Source: Octopus bimaculoides (taxonomy: Eukaryota). From it: a stretch of 41,182 nucleotides of DNA. Shown here one piece after another: positions 1 to 11,898 of the stretch. The DNA is taken from the NCBI RefSeq assembly GCF_001194135.2, contig NC_068986.1:14623492-14664673 (forward strand), read 5' to 3'. The notes under the pieces were generated by a model. The model was not told where the DNA came from. It was given only the letters and a program-made list of their open reading frames with translations, and did no database searches. Both the position numbers and the translations under genes were made by a program. How positions within the stretch are numbered: the first letter of the stretch is position 1; every line of letters starts with the position of its first letter.

Positions 1-172
1 CCCCAATGCGTTCAATGGTCCCCAATGCGTTCAATGGTCCCCAAAAAGTTCAATGGTCCCTCACTGCGTTCAATGGTCTCCAAAATTTCAATGGTCCCTC
101 ACTGCGTTCAATGGTCCCCCACTGTGTTAAATGCTCTCTCACTGCGTTCAATGGTCCCCCACTGCGTTCAAT
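1..172. repeat. Minisatellite, ~19-20 bp unit (TGCGTTCAATGGTCCCC[C]AC-like), about 8-9 degenerate copies, truncated at the window start
   Basis: GTTCAATGGTCCC recurs about every 20 bp; the 6..284 and 25..210 ORFs merely translate it. Confidence 0.9.
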
Positions 173-1294
173 ATTATGTTTGTTGTCTTTGTATTACAAT
201 TTCTGTTTAGATAAAAAAAAAAATTTTTTTAAAAACTATTTTCAAAATTATAGTTGTATTGTATTTGCTTCAACTAAGATATAGCTAATCATTTAATTAC
301 AGCACTCTAAACATAGCTAAGTTACTGAAGCAGAGAATAAAATAAAATCATTGAAAAACATGAAAAAAAAGATATTAACAAATATAACATATGTGTAATG
401 CAAGAGAGAGAGAGAGAAAAAAAAATTAGAACAAAAATGGCTTACAATTCTACTTGTAATTTGTACGTGTTTTTATATCTTCGTTTCAAATTTAGTGATG
501 GCCTTCCTGCTAAATAAGTCGACATTATAATAATTATATATATTATCAACTAAAATACAATTTCAATAAAATTAAAGAGACACATAAATGATATATTTAT
601 TTGTCCGTCCAGTTTTGCTTTTTTTCTATTTTTCGAAGAACGACAAATAGTAATATACCCTCATGTCACGGTATTGTAATATGGCTGCGGTAACCTGATA
701 TTGTCGAATGTATTTTTAATCACGCAAGTTATACATACATCAAGAGCAGTTTGCTGCATGATATTCAATACCTCCTTTTCCCTAGAAAGCCCCAGAGAAA
801 TCTAAGCTAATCTATGCATATAATTCATTTTCTAACACCGTTCTTATCCTGAGGTCTTATGATTCCTGGAATTTGTTAAGTTGTAAACTATTTTAAATCT
901 TCCGGGAAATGACACTTGTCATGGGATATTTTAAAACGTTCTTTCCTTATGATTCGGTTTACAAGCTTTATAGCATTATTGTTATCACTTACCAGAAAAC
1001 ATTCTTTTTTGTTTTGTTTTTATTATGAAGCTTGCTTAATTTAATTTTGTTTTAAAGAACGTGTTTATTATGATTTTTTTCAGGATTCTAGGTTTAAACA
1101 CTTGCATTCATATATCACACATCCCACGAATGTTTTCTTTTCATTTCTCTATAAAAACACGTTTCCTCTGTTGTCCGTTTAATTTTCTTTTTTATCTTCC
1201 CTTTATTTGAATATCAATTTACATAAACTCAATGGAGTACAGAGAGGATTTCTGAAACCCTGATTCTTGCAACATAGTTTTCTTTTTCTGTTGT

Positions 1295-1538
1295 TTTTAC
1301 TTATTTTAGTCATTAGACTGCGGCCAGGCTGGAGCACCGCCTTGAAGATCTCTAAGACGGACGAATCGAACGAAGATCGTTTTTTAAAGCCTGGTAATTT
1401 TCTATTGTTTTTTTTTGCCGAACCGCGATATTACCTGGGCGTAAACAAACCATAATTAGTGTGCGAAAAACAAAAGACGCAACGACACCCACACCCACAC
1501 GCACGCGCATATATATGGATGTATGTATATATACATAC

Positions 1539-1588
<50 letters not shown>

Positions 1589-1750
1589 TATGATGGGATG
1601 CTTTCAGATTCCATCTATCAGCTCTACTCACAAGGCTTTGGTTGGCGTGAGGTTATAGAAGAGAACACTTGCCCAAGGTGCCAGGCAGTGGTACTGAATC
1701 CAGAACCATATTGTTGGGAAAGAAATTCCTTGCCACACAGCCATGCATGC
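1295..1750 (-). mobile_element. tRNA-derived SINE, family A, degenerate, with internal microsatellite
   Basis: Reverse complement matches the 9811-10220 copy: head GGCTGTGTGG...GGCACCTTGGGCAAGTG, internal (TA)n/(TACA)n, tail GGCGGTGCTCCAGCCTGGCCGCAG. Confidence 0.8.
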
Positions 1751-1879
1751 GGCTGTATATACCTCGCCTGCACCTAAATAACATTCCTGCGCTTTGGTTC
1801 CACTCCTGCCCCTATATGTCAAATTAGTTGAGAAAAATTTAGGAAAACTGCTGAGGTACTGTGTTGGAGTTGCTGTCTT

Positions 1880-2097
1880 ATCTATAATAGGGTAGACAGC
1901 TGACAAGTGTTGTTGGACAGAATGCTGAATGGTGAACCTTCCACATTTTGAATATGTGAGTTCAAATTCCACCGCACTCGACTTTGCCTTTCATCGATAA
2001 AATAAGTATCAGTGAAACACTGGCGTCAGTGTAATTTACTTTTTCCCTCCCCTAAAATTTCAGGCCTTGTGCCTTTAGTAGAAAGGTTTATTATTAT
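1880..2097 (+). mobile_element. SINE family B, degenerate, with (ATT)n tail
   Basis: GAGTTCAAATTCC..CGACTTTGCCTTTCATC..GATAAAATAAGTA..AAATTTCAGGCCTTGTGCC is shared with 38728-38925 and the minus-strand copies. Confidence 0.75.
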
Positions 2098-2186
2098 TAG
2101 CTCCACCTTAGCGAAGACGGAGGTATTGTTTTCAGTCGTGTTTGCTTATTTGTTTGTCCGTGGATAAGATATCTCAAGAACCGATG
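2098..2186 (+). mobile_element. Short interspersed repeat end, possibly DINE-1/HINE (Helentron-associated)-like
   Basis: CTCCACCTTAGCGAAGACGGAGGTATT subterminal hairpin followed by a TTTG-type run and GATATCTCAAGAACCG; family assignment is from memory only. Confidence 0.35.
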
Positions 2187-2189
2187 TTG

Positions 2190-2262
2190 CTTGATCTACA
2201 TCAGCATTTCGACTTCGAAGTATACACTGTCCCTGCAGAGGCTTCTGGTTCCATCGCACCTC
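2190..2262 (-). mobile_element. Tiny internal fragment of an R4/Dong-like non-LTR ORF
   Basis: Translates to EVRWNQKPLQGQCILRSRNADVDQAT, resembling the W..KPLHGQ...ADVD segment downstream of RT in R4-clade elements. Confidence 0.45.
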
Positions 2263-2335
2263 ATTACTATTATTATTATTATTATTACTATTATTATTAT
2301 TATTATTACTATTATTATTATAATCATTATTATTT
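2263..2335. repeat. (ATT/AAT)n microsatellite; 3' tail or target of the adjacent R4-like element
   Basis: Direct reading of the sequence. Confidence 0.95.
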
Positions 2336-2850
2336 CTTTTGATCGCAGGTTTTTTGCAACTCCTGAAGTTTTTCATGCGTAGCGGGCTTGCTACCTGCAG
2401 CCTACGATACCATGCTAACCGTTCGTTTCAACTATCCTGCTTATTCTGATCATGACAAGGCTAAAAACTTTTGTAACAGTTCTACTGGGGACTCCATCCC
2501 AATTTCCTTGATCTTCCTCTTGATGCCTCCTCAGACTGTCGATGCCTCCTCAGACTGTCGATGCCTCCTCAGACTGTCTGCAAGGACCCAACAATATTTG
2601 TCACTGTCTTCACCTTCTTCATTTTCCATAGCCGGGATCTTTCGAACGCAAGAGGGATATATTTATCTATTTTGTCGCCTTCCTTCTTGACTATTCGTGG
2701 GTCAATGGGTCTTGCAACATCAACTATATACCACATGTGGTGCATCTTGTCCACCACCACTAGGTCCATCTGTTGTGCACTTGATCTGTTTGGATAGGGA
2801 AATCCCAGAGGATTTTGCTAGTTTCCGACTCCGCCACTTACTGCAGTTTG
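2336..2850 (-). mobile_element. 3' end of an R4/Dong-clade non-LTR retrotransposon: restriction-like endonuclease (RLE) domain plus 3' UTR, decayed
   Basis: Minus strand reads KILWDFPIQTDQVHNRW then, after a frameshift, DLVVVDKMHHMWYIVDVARPIDPRIVKKEGDKIDKYIPLAFERSRLWKMKKV...VGSL, the PD-(D/E)xK RLE motif series; ends in (AAT)n. Confidence 0.8.
2522..2578. repeat. Perfect 19-bp triplication (GATGCCTCCTCAGACTGTC x3)
   Basis: Units at 2522, 2541 and 2560. Confidence 0.95.
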
Positions 2851-4338
2851 TGATTATACCCCGTCTGACCTCTCTCTAGACCCCACTTTTCGCTCAGTTT
2901 CCAATGTAAGGCAGCGAGCTGGTAGAGCCGTTCCTACACCGTACAAAATTCTTTGAGGTATTTTACCCGGCTTTAAGTACTTATTTAAAATTCCTCCGAT
3001 GTCCACTTTGACTTTCAACCTAAAATAAGCACCACATGAGCTCTTGGGTTTGAAATAATCAATTAGCCCCACCCATGAAAATTTCTGGCCCTTTCGCCAA
3101 ATATTGGAAAGAATTACTATGATTATAGCGAAGTTTCTACTATATACCTGTCATATAACCAGATTGCACCTGCTGCATATAATAAATAAGTTTTCGGATA
3201 TTGTTGTTGCTATTTACGGCTAGGCTGACTAGGCTATTGTGTGCAATGCGTCTAGTTTGAATAAAAAAACAACAACCAAGCTATGGTAATAACATAATAG
3301 ACATTCCATCGATTTTCTGGCTTTTTGTCTATTGCGGCATCTTCCCTGCCAATCTCGACCATAAACTATAGCTTAGAATATATTGCTAAAAACAATCTGC
3401 GCTAGTTATCATTTCCATTGTTCCATAATATCGAATTAATCTAAAGTCTCGAATAATTTCCTTCTATAAGCCGTAGACCTTTCGACAGTATAAGCCAATA
3501 AAGTGGTTAAGTTAATAACGGGGGGTACCATATGAATTCTCCAAACGATAATTTGATAAAGCGTACAATCGTTTCCACGGCACTTCGATATCTTGAAAGT
3601 AAAGTTGCATTATTGGATCGTTCTGTTAAAGTTGACTGTAAGTGGGCACTCAACAAGTATATTAAACAGTGTTGACAATGGGATTTGCCGACTATGCTGT
3701 AGCTTTAGGGAAATGTTTCGCACAGGAAATCTCGAAAGAATTACGACCATATCCTTACAGAAGTTTGAAACCATCACGACTTTCACATATAACATTGCTA
3801 CCTGCTTGATATATATGCAAAAAGAATATTGCAATTGCTTGTATACGCTTGGCATTATATTAAATAATACGTCAGCATTCGTACAATTAAGCTATAAAAG
3901 TTCTACTTCTAATGAGTGGCTATCAATAGTTAACTCATATAAATTAAGAAACTGCGGCTTCTACGTATTATATATAACAGTATTTGGATATAGAATAAAT
4001 GTTGATTTAGATTAATAATATCTTTGGATACGTGCATAAAACCAAATCAATTTAATTTAGAAATCTTGCAGGCTTTCATCTTCACAACTAAACCATTATT
4101 CTACAACTGCAATGCTGATTTACTTTTTATGCGTATACTCGATTATGTCACGCTGTGTTGCAGAATGTACAGTTAACTGTTCATGACTATCTTTGATGCT
4201 AAAAAAAAAAACATGCAGTATAATGAATGACTACCTACTATGTTTTTTGGGAATACAGTAAGCAACCACGATTATATGGAATGATGTCATATTTACTCAT
4301 ATAATATATCTTGTAATATTGTCTTATAGTAGAGCATT

Positions 4339-5042
4339 ATGTTTGGCACCAGCTTGGTGACCGATAAGCTGACCAAGACCACAAAAATTAAGATTTACCA
4401 GGCATGTGTACTTAGCACACTACTGTATGACAGTGAGACCTGGACACCATACACATGCCAAGAGCGTCGCGTAAATATCTTTCACCTGCGGTGCCTCCGG
4501 AAAATCCTTGGCATCAAATGGTAGTAACATGTCCCCAACAAAGATGTCCTCAAGCACGCAAGAATAACAAGCATGTTTTCACTCCTAACACAAAGATGTA
4601 TGAGATGGCTTTGACGTGTTAGTCGTATGGAAGATGGCAGAATCCCCAAGGACATACCCTACGGAGAGCTTGCTAAGGACACTAAGTATGTTGGAAGACC
4701 GTTCCTACGGTACAATGATGTCTGCAAAAAGGACATGAAGGCCTGCGACATCAATATTAGCAACTAGGAAGCGGTTGCCAGCAACCGTGGAGATTGGCGA
4801 CGCACAATAGAGAGAGAGAGAGAGAGAAGAAATGGAAAGACAAGAAAAAACGAAAACAAGAAACTATGACATTACAACCATCCGGGAAAAGTCTTCGCTA
4901 CATCTGCGTCGCCTGCAAGAGGGAGTGTTTGTGAAGGATAGGACTACACAGCTACTGCAGATGTAAATGAGATGAAATGTAAAAACCAGACTGGATTATT
5001 TTATGCGCAACTCCATTGTCTCCCGAGACAAAAAGATGCCAG
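4339..5042 (+). mobile_element. RTE-clade LINE, 5'-truncated: RT C-terminus plus 3' UTR, pseudogenised
   Basis: TKIKIYQACVLSTLLYDSETWT...FHLRCLRKILGIKW, then RW..VSRMEDGRIPKDIPYGELA..GRPFLRYNDVCKKDMKAC; 3' end CTCCATTGTCTCCCGAGACAAAAAGATGCC is typical of RTE; in-frame stops present. Confidence 0.9.
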
Positions 5043-5116
5043 CAATTGTCTTATAAATATGCAAAAATATGTGATATAGTTCTCAACATTGATAATATGG
5101 CGGACTCATTTACAAC

Positions 5117-5460
5117 AGGGTGGGACAATTTCGAACCACCATTAGTTTCTGCTCTATGATGTGTACGCCCTTAACTTAAACTTGACCGTCTAAGTTGGGA
5201 ACTTGTACACCAAGCATAACCCGGTATCAATGGCATATACAGGATTTAAATTACAACCCTTCCCTTTGAAGGGGATATTGGTCCTTCGCAGGCTTAACCT
5301 CCCACCAATTTCTGGAAAGTACTTACAACTGGTTGAAGTGGAACAACGTGAAATGAATTGTTTGTTCCGGAAGCCAAACACCGTCCGGTCCTGAAAGCGA
5401 TATGACGATCTTACGACCGAGACCGCGTCACTCTATTCTTTAGGCCACATGCTTTCGTTG
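5117..5460 (-). mobile_element. Highly decayed Tc1/mariner transposase C-terminal remnant with a CAGGGTG TIR-like end
   Basis: Left end CAGGGTGG, like 7423 and 9361; minus-strand FPEIGGRLSLRRTNIPF...NLNPVY weakly resembles FG.R.ISR...WP.RSPDLNP.D. Confidence 0.35.
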
Positions 5461-7422
5461 TAAATATACACACTTGTGATGTTTCCTTGTTTCAATCAGC
5501 CGAGGAAGCAGGAAATATTTTTTATACCAGTCTTGTTAGCTTGTATACATAGACTGTATATTTTCGGCGATAAATACAAAACAGACATACACGCACACCC
5601 ACGCACAAACACATAAACACAAACACACACACACACGCTCCCGCACACACATACAATACACATATATAATGCTTTACTGGAATTTCGCTGGTGTAAGCAT
5701 TCTCTGCATTGCTTACTTTTTGAAATGAACTGATGATCGTCCGCATTTTTGTTATGATCTGTAATAATCTGCTTAGTAATGTAAAGAATTCTAGTGATTA
5801 ACTTAGAGATTGCGAAGTGAGAGCAACTACGCATGCGCTTTCAAACAACAGTAGCAATTCCATTCCCAAATATATATATATAAAATCTAGAAAAAAAAAA
5901 GGACTGAAGTTATCAACACACGCACACACACACACACAAATGTGCACGTGCGTGCGCGCGCAAAAAGGAGTAAATAGATGCATAGTAAAATAGACTGACT
6001 GTTTGTTCATGGAACAACATTTTTCACCAGAAAGAAAAAGAAAGAAGAAAGTGAATTGGGGTCTTTTGCAACTACAATAGTATTACGTAACATTTACTGT
6101 AAGACTAGAAGCTCATATTCTGAAGAATAATTGAAATTAATCCAATTAACAACAAACACATGAACAAAACAGAAGACTGTTTTCTGTGTTCGAGGAAGCC
6201 AACAAAACTACGACTGCGACTGTGTTTGTAGACGTTTGTTAGAAGAAAAAAGAGAAAAAGCTGTTATTATTGAATACATTAAGAACCAATGAAAACAAAA
6301 TATACTTAGTACCACAAAATACACTAATAATGTATGAGAAAAATATATTGCCTGCTTTTCATAAATAACAAATAGATTAATTGAAAATGATGCTTATTTA
6401 AAGGAAAATGCGTAGTTTTAGAGTAGGTAAAATAAAAAAAAAATGAAAACATACAGTTGAATGCTACAAGTATACGAACAATGAAGATTAAAAAAAAAAA
6501 AAAAACGAATTTCAGGAGTAAACCAAGATTAGCATGTTTCAAATAGGAAGTGAAAATGGTGCTACAGTATAACGCAATATATAGGCTTAATTTATAACAG
6601 ACTTCAGTTGAGAAATTATATTTCACAACAAATTCTGTCATCTTCTAGACTAAACACAAATATCGCCCACTAAAGTTATATTCTAGAATAACACTATCAA
6701 ACACTGACCACTTCAGTTTGCTTAAAAAAGCCGTAGTACTAACAACTTGAATAACGCTGCATGGATACGTATAACCTGGGTGGACGTATAATGCAATTTA
6801 ACCAACAGGGTAGCACATCTTTGAATATGTATGCAGTAGAAACACGTGTCGGACTGAGCTTCACATGAATGTATTTTATATAGTTTTGTAATAAAAGATC
6901 TTTGAGGAAGAATAAGACTCCATTCTTATATACATTCTGTTTACTGTAATATATCTAAACAAGAGATTTCTGGACTTACCACTCGGATGAAATACCGTGT
7001 AATTGTTTACCTTAACAAGTTTCCCGTTGTTCCATATCATTCGATGTGGTTAACCAGAACATCGATTATATTTGAATACTTAAAAGTGTGCTGCCCATAT
7101 CCAAAGTTCCTATTCATTTATGTATGTATGTATGTATGTATGTATGTATGTATGTATGTATGTATGTATATATGTATGTATGTCTCTTCTATTTTCTAAT
7201 TTATTATAAATCTTCCACTGAGGAAAGAGACGGTTTCCAACATAGATACAATGCTCCATCGTTGGGCTGCAGTTAATACAGACAAATTCGCATGTGGAAC
7301 TTGAGAAAAGTCTTGCACAGTTTTACTGTTCCACTCACAGATTGCACTTGTAATGTACAAATTTGCCGGTCGATTTTTCTCTCTGAAAGTCCCGTATGTG
7401 TACACGAACGCACACACATGCA

Positions 7423-8170
7423 GGGTGCAGCGAACATATTGTCGTCTGAATTACGCTGACATCTTATTTTAACATATATATTTACCAAAATTGCATAAAA
7501 ATGTCTTGAAATACTAAATGGTAAATTTATTAAATAAAATCACCATTGGCTTCAACCACGGCTTTCGGATGACTTTGAAATCTCCTACAGCTCTTCTCGT
7601 CTCCTTGTTTAAGTTTGTGAATGCTGCCATAATTCTTGCCTTCAGTTCATCTTCGGTGTTACAAAGAATATTGCTGGTCTCTCGCTCAGCTGCGCTCTAC
7701 ACATAATAATCAAGGGGGTTCCAGTCTGGGGAGCTAGGTGGCCATATATTAGGGGTGATGTAGTTTCAGAAATTGTCTGACAGCCATAACAGGTTTCCTC
7801 TGCTTGTATGACATAGTGCAGAGTTCTGTTGCCAGACATAAAGTCTTCCAGCACACACCCTCTTAAACCAGGGCACTACTATCTCTTTCAGGCACTTGAT
7901 GTAGGTTTTCGTGTTGAGTATAAGGGTGTGTGTGAAGATGAATGGAGGCATAAAGTTTCCATCGCTAGTGATCACTCCAAATACCATGATGTTGACTGGA
8001 TGTTTAATTTTCATCACTCTAGGTACAACTTTTAGGGACTCAGATTGACACACAACACTCTGAAATGTTCGTATTGGAGCTTCCGATAGGCATACCAAGC
8101 AGTAAACAATGTCATTTCCAAATTTCTGGTAGAGTGAATTGCGTCATGCTGCGGTTCTCTCACAGACGGT
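7423..8170 (-). mobile_element. Tc1/mariner superfamily, DD37D (maT/mori-type) transposase pseudogene, 3' portion
   Basis: NIMVFGVITSDG...YVWQQNSALCHTS...WLSDNF*NYITPNIWPPSSPDWNPLDYYV*; 37 residues between the second and third catalytic positions (second D mutated to N); end CAGGGTGCAGCG at 7423. Confidence 0.85.
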
Positions 8171-8288
8171 GCCCAACTGACCCTACTATACTGTGTAGTC
8201 GACAAAATCCACCCCTAATAAATCTGTATGTGCGAACTTAAAAACAAAATATGGGAACAGTCTACGCATACCACCATCTGTGTGTGTG

Positions 8289-8337
<49 letters not shown>

Positions 8338-8597
8338 TTATATATACGTGTGTGTGTGTGTGTGTGTGAGTGTGTATATATATGAGAACCGCGTAATATA
8401 TGTATATATAAATGTGTGTGTATGCTATCGATCTCTTTATCTATCGATATATTTATCTATTATTTACCTGTCTATCTATCTATCTATCTATCTATTTATT
8501 TGTATATATANNNNNNNNNNNNNNNNNNNNNNNNNNNNNNNNNNNNNNNNNNNNNNNNNNNNNNNNNNNNNNNNNNNNNNNTATATATATATATATA

Positions 8598-8666
8598 TAA
8601 TATTTATCAAGAAATGTATAATCATAGAGGCTCAATATTCAGGAAAGAAAATGCGTATATATATAC

Positions 8667-8703
<37 letters not shown>

Positions 8704-9205
8704 TGAATAATACCATTTACATATATATGTGTCTGTGTGGATGTGCGTGTGTGTGTATGCATGTATGTATGTATATCCGTATATATTTATATATGCATAT
8801 TATAATATTTCTAACAAAAGGTTCAGATAAGAAATACCTCACAAAAATTCAAACACAAATGAATACGAGTTAGATTTGACGGCATTAACATCAAAAGTTA
8901 CTAAACTGGAATATAATATTTAAATTGATTGTGAAAAGGATTAAATAATTAATATCTTTAGAACTTTCTTTGGACTCTCAATGTCAATGAATAAAAACTG
9001 AAAAAAAATATGATGATTAAATAACAAAAATAATTTTAGTAGTCGAATTGTGCTATGATAGATTCAATTGAAATTGATACGGATATCACTGTTACTTTGA
9101 AATTGCAACATCAATAGGAATGTCCAGATAAATGCAGTATCTTAATATTTATCAACAAATTTATAATCATGGAGGCTCAATATTCAGGAAAGAAAATGCG
9201 TATAT
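8598..9205 (+). repeat. 63-bp direct repeat (8598-8660 and 9143-9205, 3 mismatches, 545-bp spacing); first copy embedded in (AT)n
   Basis: TAATATTTATCAA..TATAATCAT.GAGGCTCAATATTCAGGAAAGAAAATGCGTATAT occurs twice. Confidence 0.9.
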
Positions 9206-9360
9206 TCTCAAAATTCTCAGATAAGGATATCTACAACTCAAACAGAAAATGTCGGAAGCTATCTCAGAAGCAAATATTGAAAATAGTATAACAAATATCT
9301 CACTTCTTAATGAGATTCATAACGAAGCTCTTACAAAATAAAACCATTCTCTAACAAATA

Positions 9361-9720
9361 CAGGGTGTTCAAAAGTCACTCTGCAGGTAGTATTTAAAGG
9401 TTTTCAGGCGATTCTTATATACTGAATCTTTACTTGCTCCCCAGAAAAAGAAGTCTGGCGGTATTAAATCAGGTCATCTGGGTGCTCAAAGTCCCTTCGA
9501 AATAATCCTTTTAACCCGAAAAACTCTTGAAGTAGCGCCTGGTAATTCGCAGGATGAGAAGAATTCACTGCGGAGAAACGTTTTGAACACACTGTACAAA
9601 ACGACAAAATAAAAAAAACTATCTGAAAGTCAGAAAGCAACTCGGAGAAATATTCTCTGTTACAATAGCTCACAACGGTTCTTAGAAGGAAGCAAACATT
9701 TTGTCATCAAACTGAAAGCG
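9361..9720 (-). mobile_element. Tc1/mariner transposase pseudogene fragment with one TIR
   Basis: TA|CAGGGTGTTCAAAAGTCAC end; minus strand LLQEFFG..(frameshift)..IISKGL*APR*PDLIPPDFFFWG.SKDSVYKNR. Confidence 0.7.
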
Positions 9721-9725
9721 ATGTT

Positions 9726-9787
<62 letters not shown>

Positions 9788-9810
9788 TATATATACTGAA
9801 AAAATACATT

Positions 9811-10220
9811 GGCGCAGAAGTGGCTGTGTGGTAAGTAGCTTGCCTACCAACCACATAGTTCCGGGTTCAGTCCCACTGTGTGGCATCTTGGGTAAGTGTT
9901 TTCTACTATAGCCTCGGGAGAACCAAAGCCTTGTGAGTTGATTTGGTAGACGGAAACTGAAAGAAGCCCATCGTATATATATATATATATATGTATGTGT
10001 GCGTGTGTGTGTGTGTCCCAACATCGCTTGACAACCGATGCTGTTGTGTTTACGTCCTCGTAACTTAGCGGTTCGGCAAAAGAGGCCGATAGAATAAGTA
10101 CCAGGCTTACAGAGAATAAGTCCTAAGGTCGACTTTCTCGACTGAGGGCGGCGCTCCAGCATGGCCGCAGTAAGTCAAAATGACTAAAACAAGTAAAAGA
10201 AAAGAAAAGAAAAGAAAGAA
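9811..10220 (+). mobile_element. Full-length tRNA-derived SINE, family A (head, conserved body, internal microsatellite, 3' domain, (GAAAA)n tail)
   Basis: A-box-like TGGCTGTGTGGTAAG and B-box-like GGTTCAGTCCC; body GGCATCTTGGGTAAGTGTTTTCTACTATAGCC; (TA)n(TG)n at 9974-10016; tail GGCGGCGCTCCAGCATGGCCGCAG; multiple copies in the window. Confidence 0.9.
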
Positions 10221-10271
10221 AGGGAGACTGAACGTAGCGCCAGAGGCGAAGAATGTTGGTAAAGATATATA

Positions 10272-10488
10272 CAGGGTCGGCCAAAAGTCACCCGACATTA
10301 AATCAAGATTCCATAAATACTCAATATTCATTTTTTTTTTCATTTGGAAAAATGGTGTCGCTCAAGAAGGACTTTAGTTGGAACAATTTTCATAATGTTT
10401 TTATTAAATCCATTCATTTGTTAAACATAAATAAATCTTGGAATTAAATGGTTTTCATTTACTGTCAGGTGACTTTTAGCCAACCCTG
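10272..10488. mobile_element. Tc1/mariner-type MITE, 217 bp, 26-bp imperfect TIRs
   Basis: CAGGGTCGGCCAAAAGTCACCCGACA at 10272-10297 versus TGTCAGGTGACTTTTAGCCAACCCTG at 10463-10488; TA on the left flank only. Confidence 0.85.
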
Positions 10489-11840
10489 CTTATGGAGAGA
10501 TGTGTTTGACTACTTATATAACTTACTGGGACCTGATGCCAATGAAATGGGTGGTCTAGAAGGAAAGTAAAGCGGCGGAAATATCCCAAAAGAAATAATG
10601 AGTTTGTGATACAAAGGGAAGCGAAGAGAGCTGTGTCGTGTGCAGAGGTGGAGTGTATAAAACTGCACACTCTCATGTTGGCCAGAACACGCGTAAACAC
10701 CAACACTGTTTCGACGTCAACGAAAAGCATATTCAAAAGCGGTCGTTTCATTATGACTTTCTCGACAACGCAACCATACGCTTACCTGGAGTTGCACCTG
10801 CGCCTTTATGCAGATGTTTTAAACAAATTACAGGTCAGCAAATATGACAGGAATTTCAGGTAGCTGAGGACAAGAGGAAAGGTGACTGAGACGAGACTGA
10901 AAATTTGGAGTATACGGGTGGTGACATGTACCCGAATTAGTCATAGAATAATCGCTTTAACGCCATATTTATAGAAGCAGTTTAACTCAAAGAGTTGGAA
11001 AAAATATTCTTTCATTTTGTAAGATGAGAATGTTGAATCCTCAAACGAGAATATATCTTTATTCCAAGCTTTGCTTTTAAATCTTAATTGTTGTGCTATA
11101 TATTATATTAGGTTATAGATGTGTTAAATTTGCTTCAGATGTTGGATTATAAATCATATTTAACACTGTTTATTACTTGATGAATTAACAGATATGCATT
11201 TGAACGTTACAGTTTTCGCCAAAATAATAACGATTTTACGGTATTTGCCTCGGAGTTTTAATCCCATAATGCTACCGATCCTGCACCAGCTAATAGTTAA
11301 CTGAAATGTTAGAAATACCAGTTAATTTACCCGCCAATCACACCACAATCTTTCTAAAAGATCACTTGAGATAATGAAGTAAAACCTTCCGTGCTTGATG
11401 TGGTTGATTATTAGGGATTGATTCTATGAATATGAAATTATTTGTTGTAGAAATGAAACAAATGGAAATATAAGGGGTCCTTCATTTAAGGACAATCTGC
11501 AATTCCTAGTTTATAACTGAGATCTCTGATAAGGAATTTCAGTGATGAGATATCTTAAAGCGAAGAAGCTGTATCAGCAGATTCACAATAACTCACTCAT
11601 CCTAACAGATGCACTCTCAGAAAATAGCAACTAATAAACAGATAATTACAGCAATTTGTCATAAATGCATCATGAAGATACTGAAATGTTGAAGGTTGGT
11701 ATATAATAGCAGATATATCCGTTTTTATTGATTTAATTTCAGATCACAACCAAAACACACATGCACAAACAAATACACGCACACACTTACGAGCGCGCAC
11801 ACACACATACACAAACACACACATACGCACACATATATAT

Positions 11841-11898
<58 letters not shown>

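Noticed and set aside
1-172. Regular repeat as a CRISPR array, or GTTCAA as a Pol III B-box array
   Set aside because: Eukaryotic context with no unique spacers; the B-box consensus is incomplete.
2854-4015. ORFs 2854-3072 and 3593-4015 as host genes
   Set aside because: No recognisable motifs or consistent splice structure; probably an old unclassified repeat.
6120-6146. CTGAAGA...GAAA-TTAA-TC hammerhead-like string
   Set aside because: Stem II is only 1 bp and stem I cannot close (T.C mismatch next to the core).
10606-10863. Overlapping ORFs in a GC-richer patch
   Set aside because: Poor acceptor context and no recognisable product.
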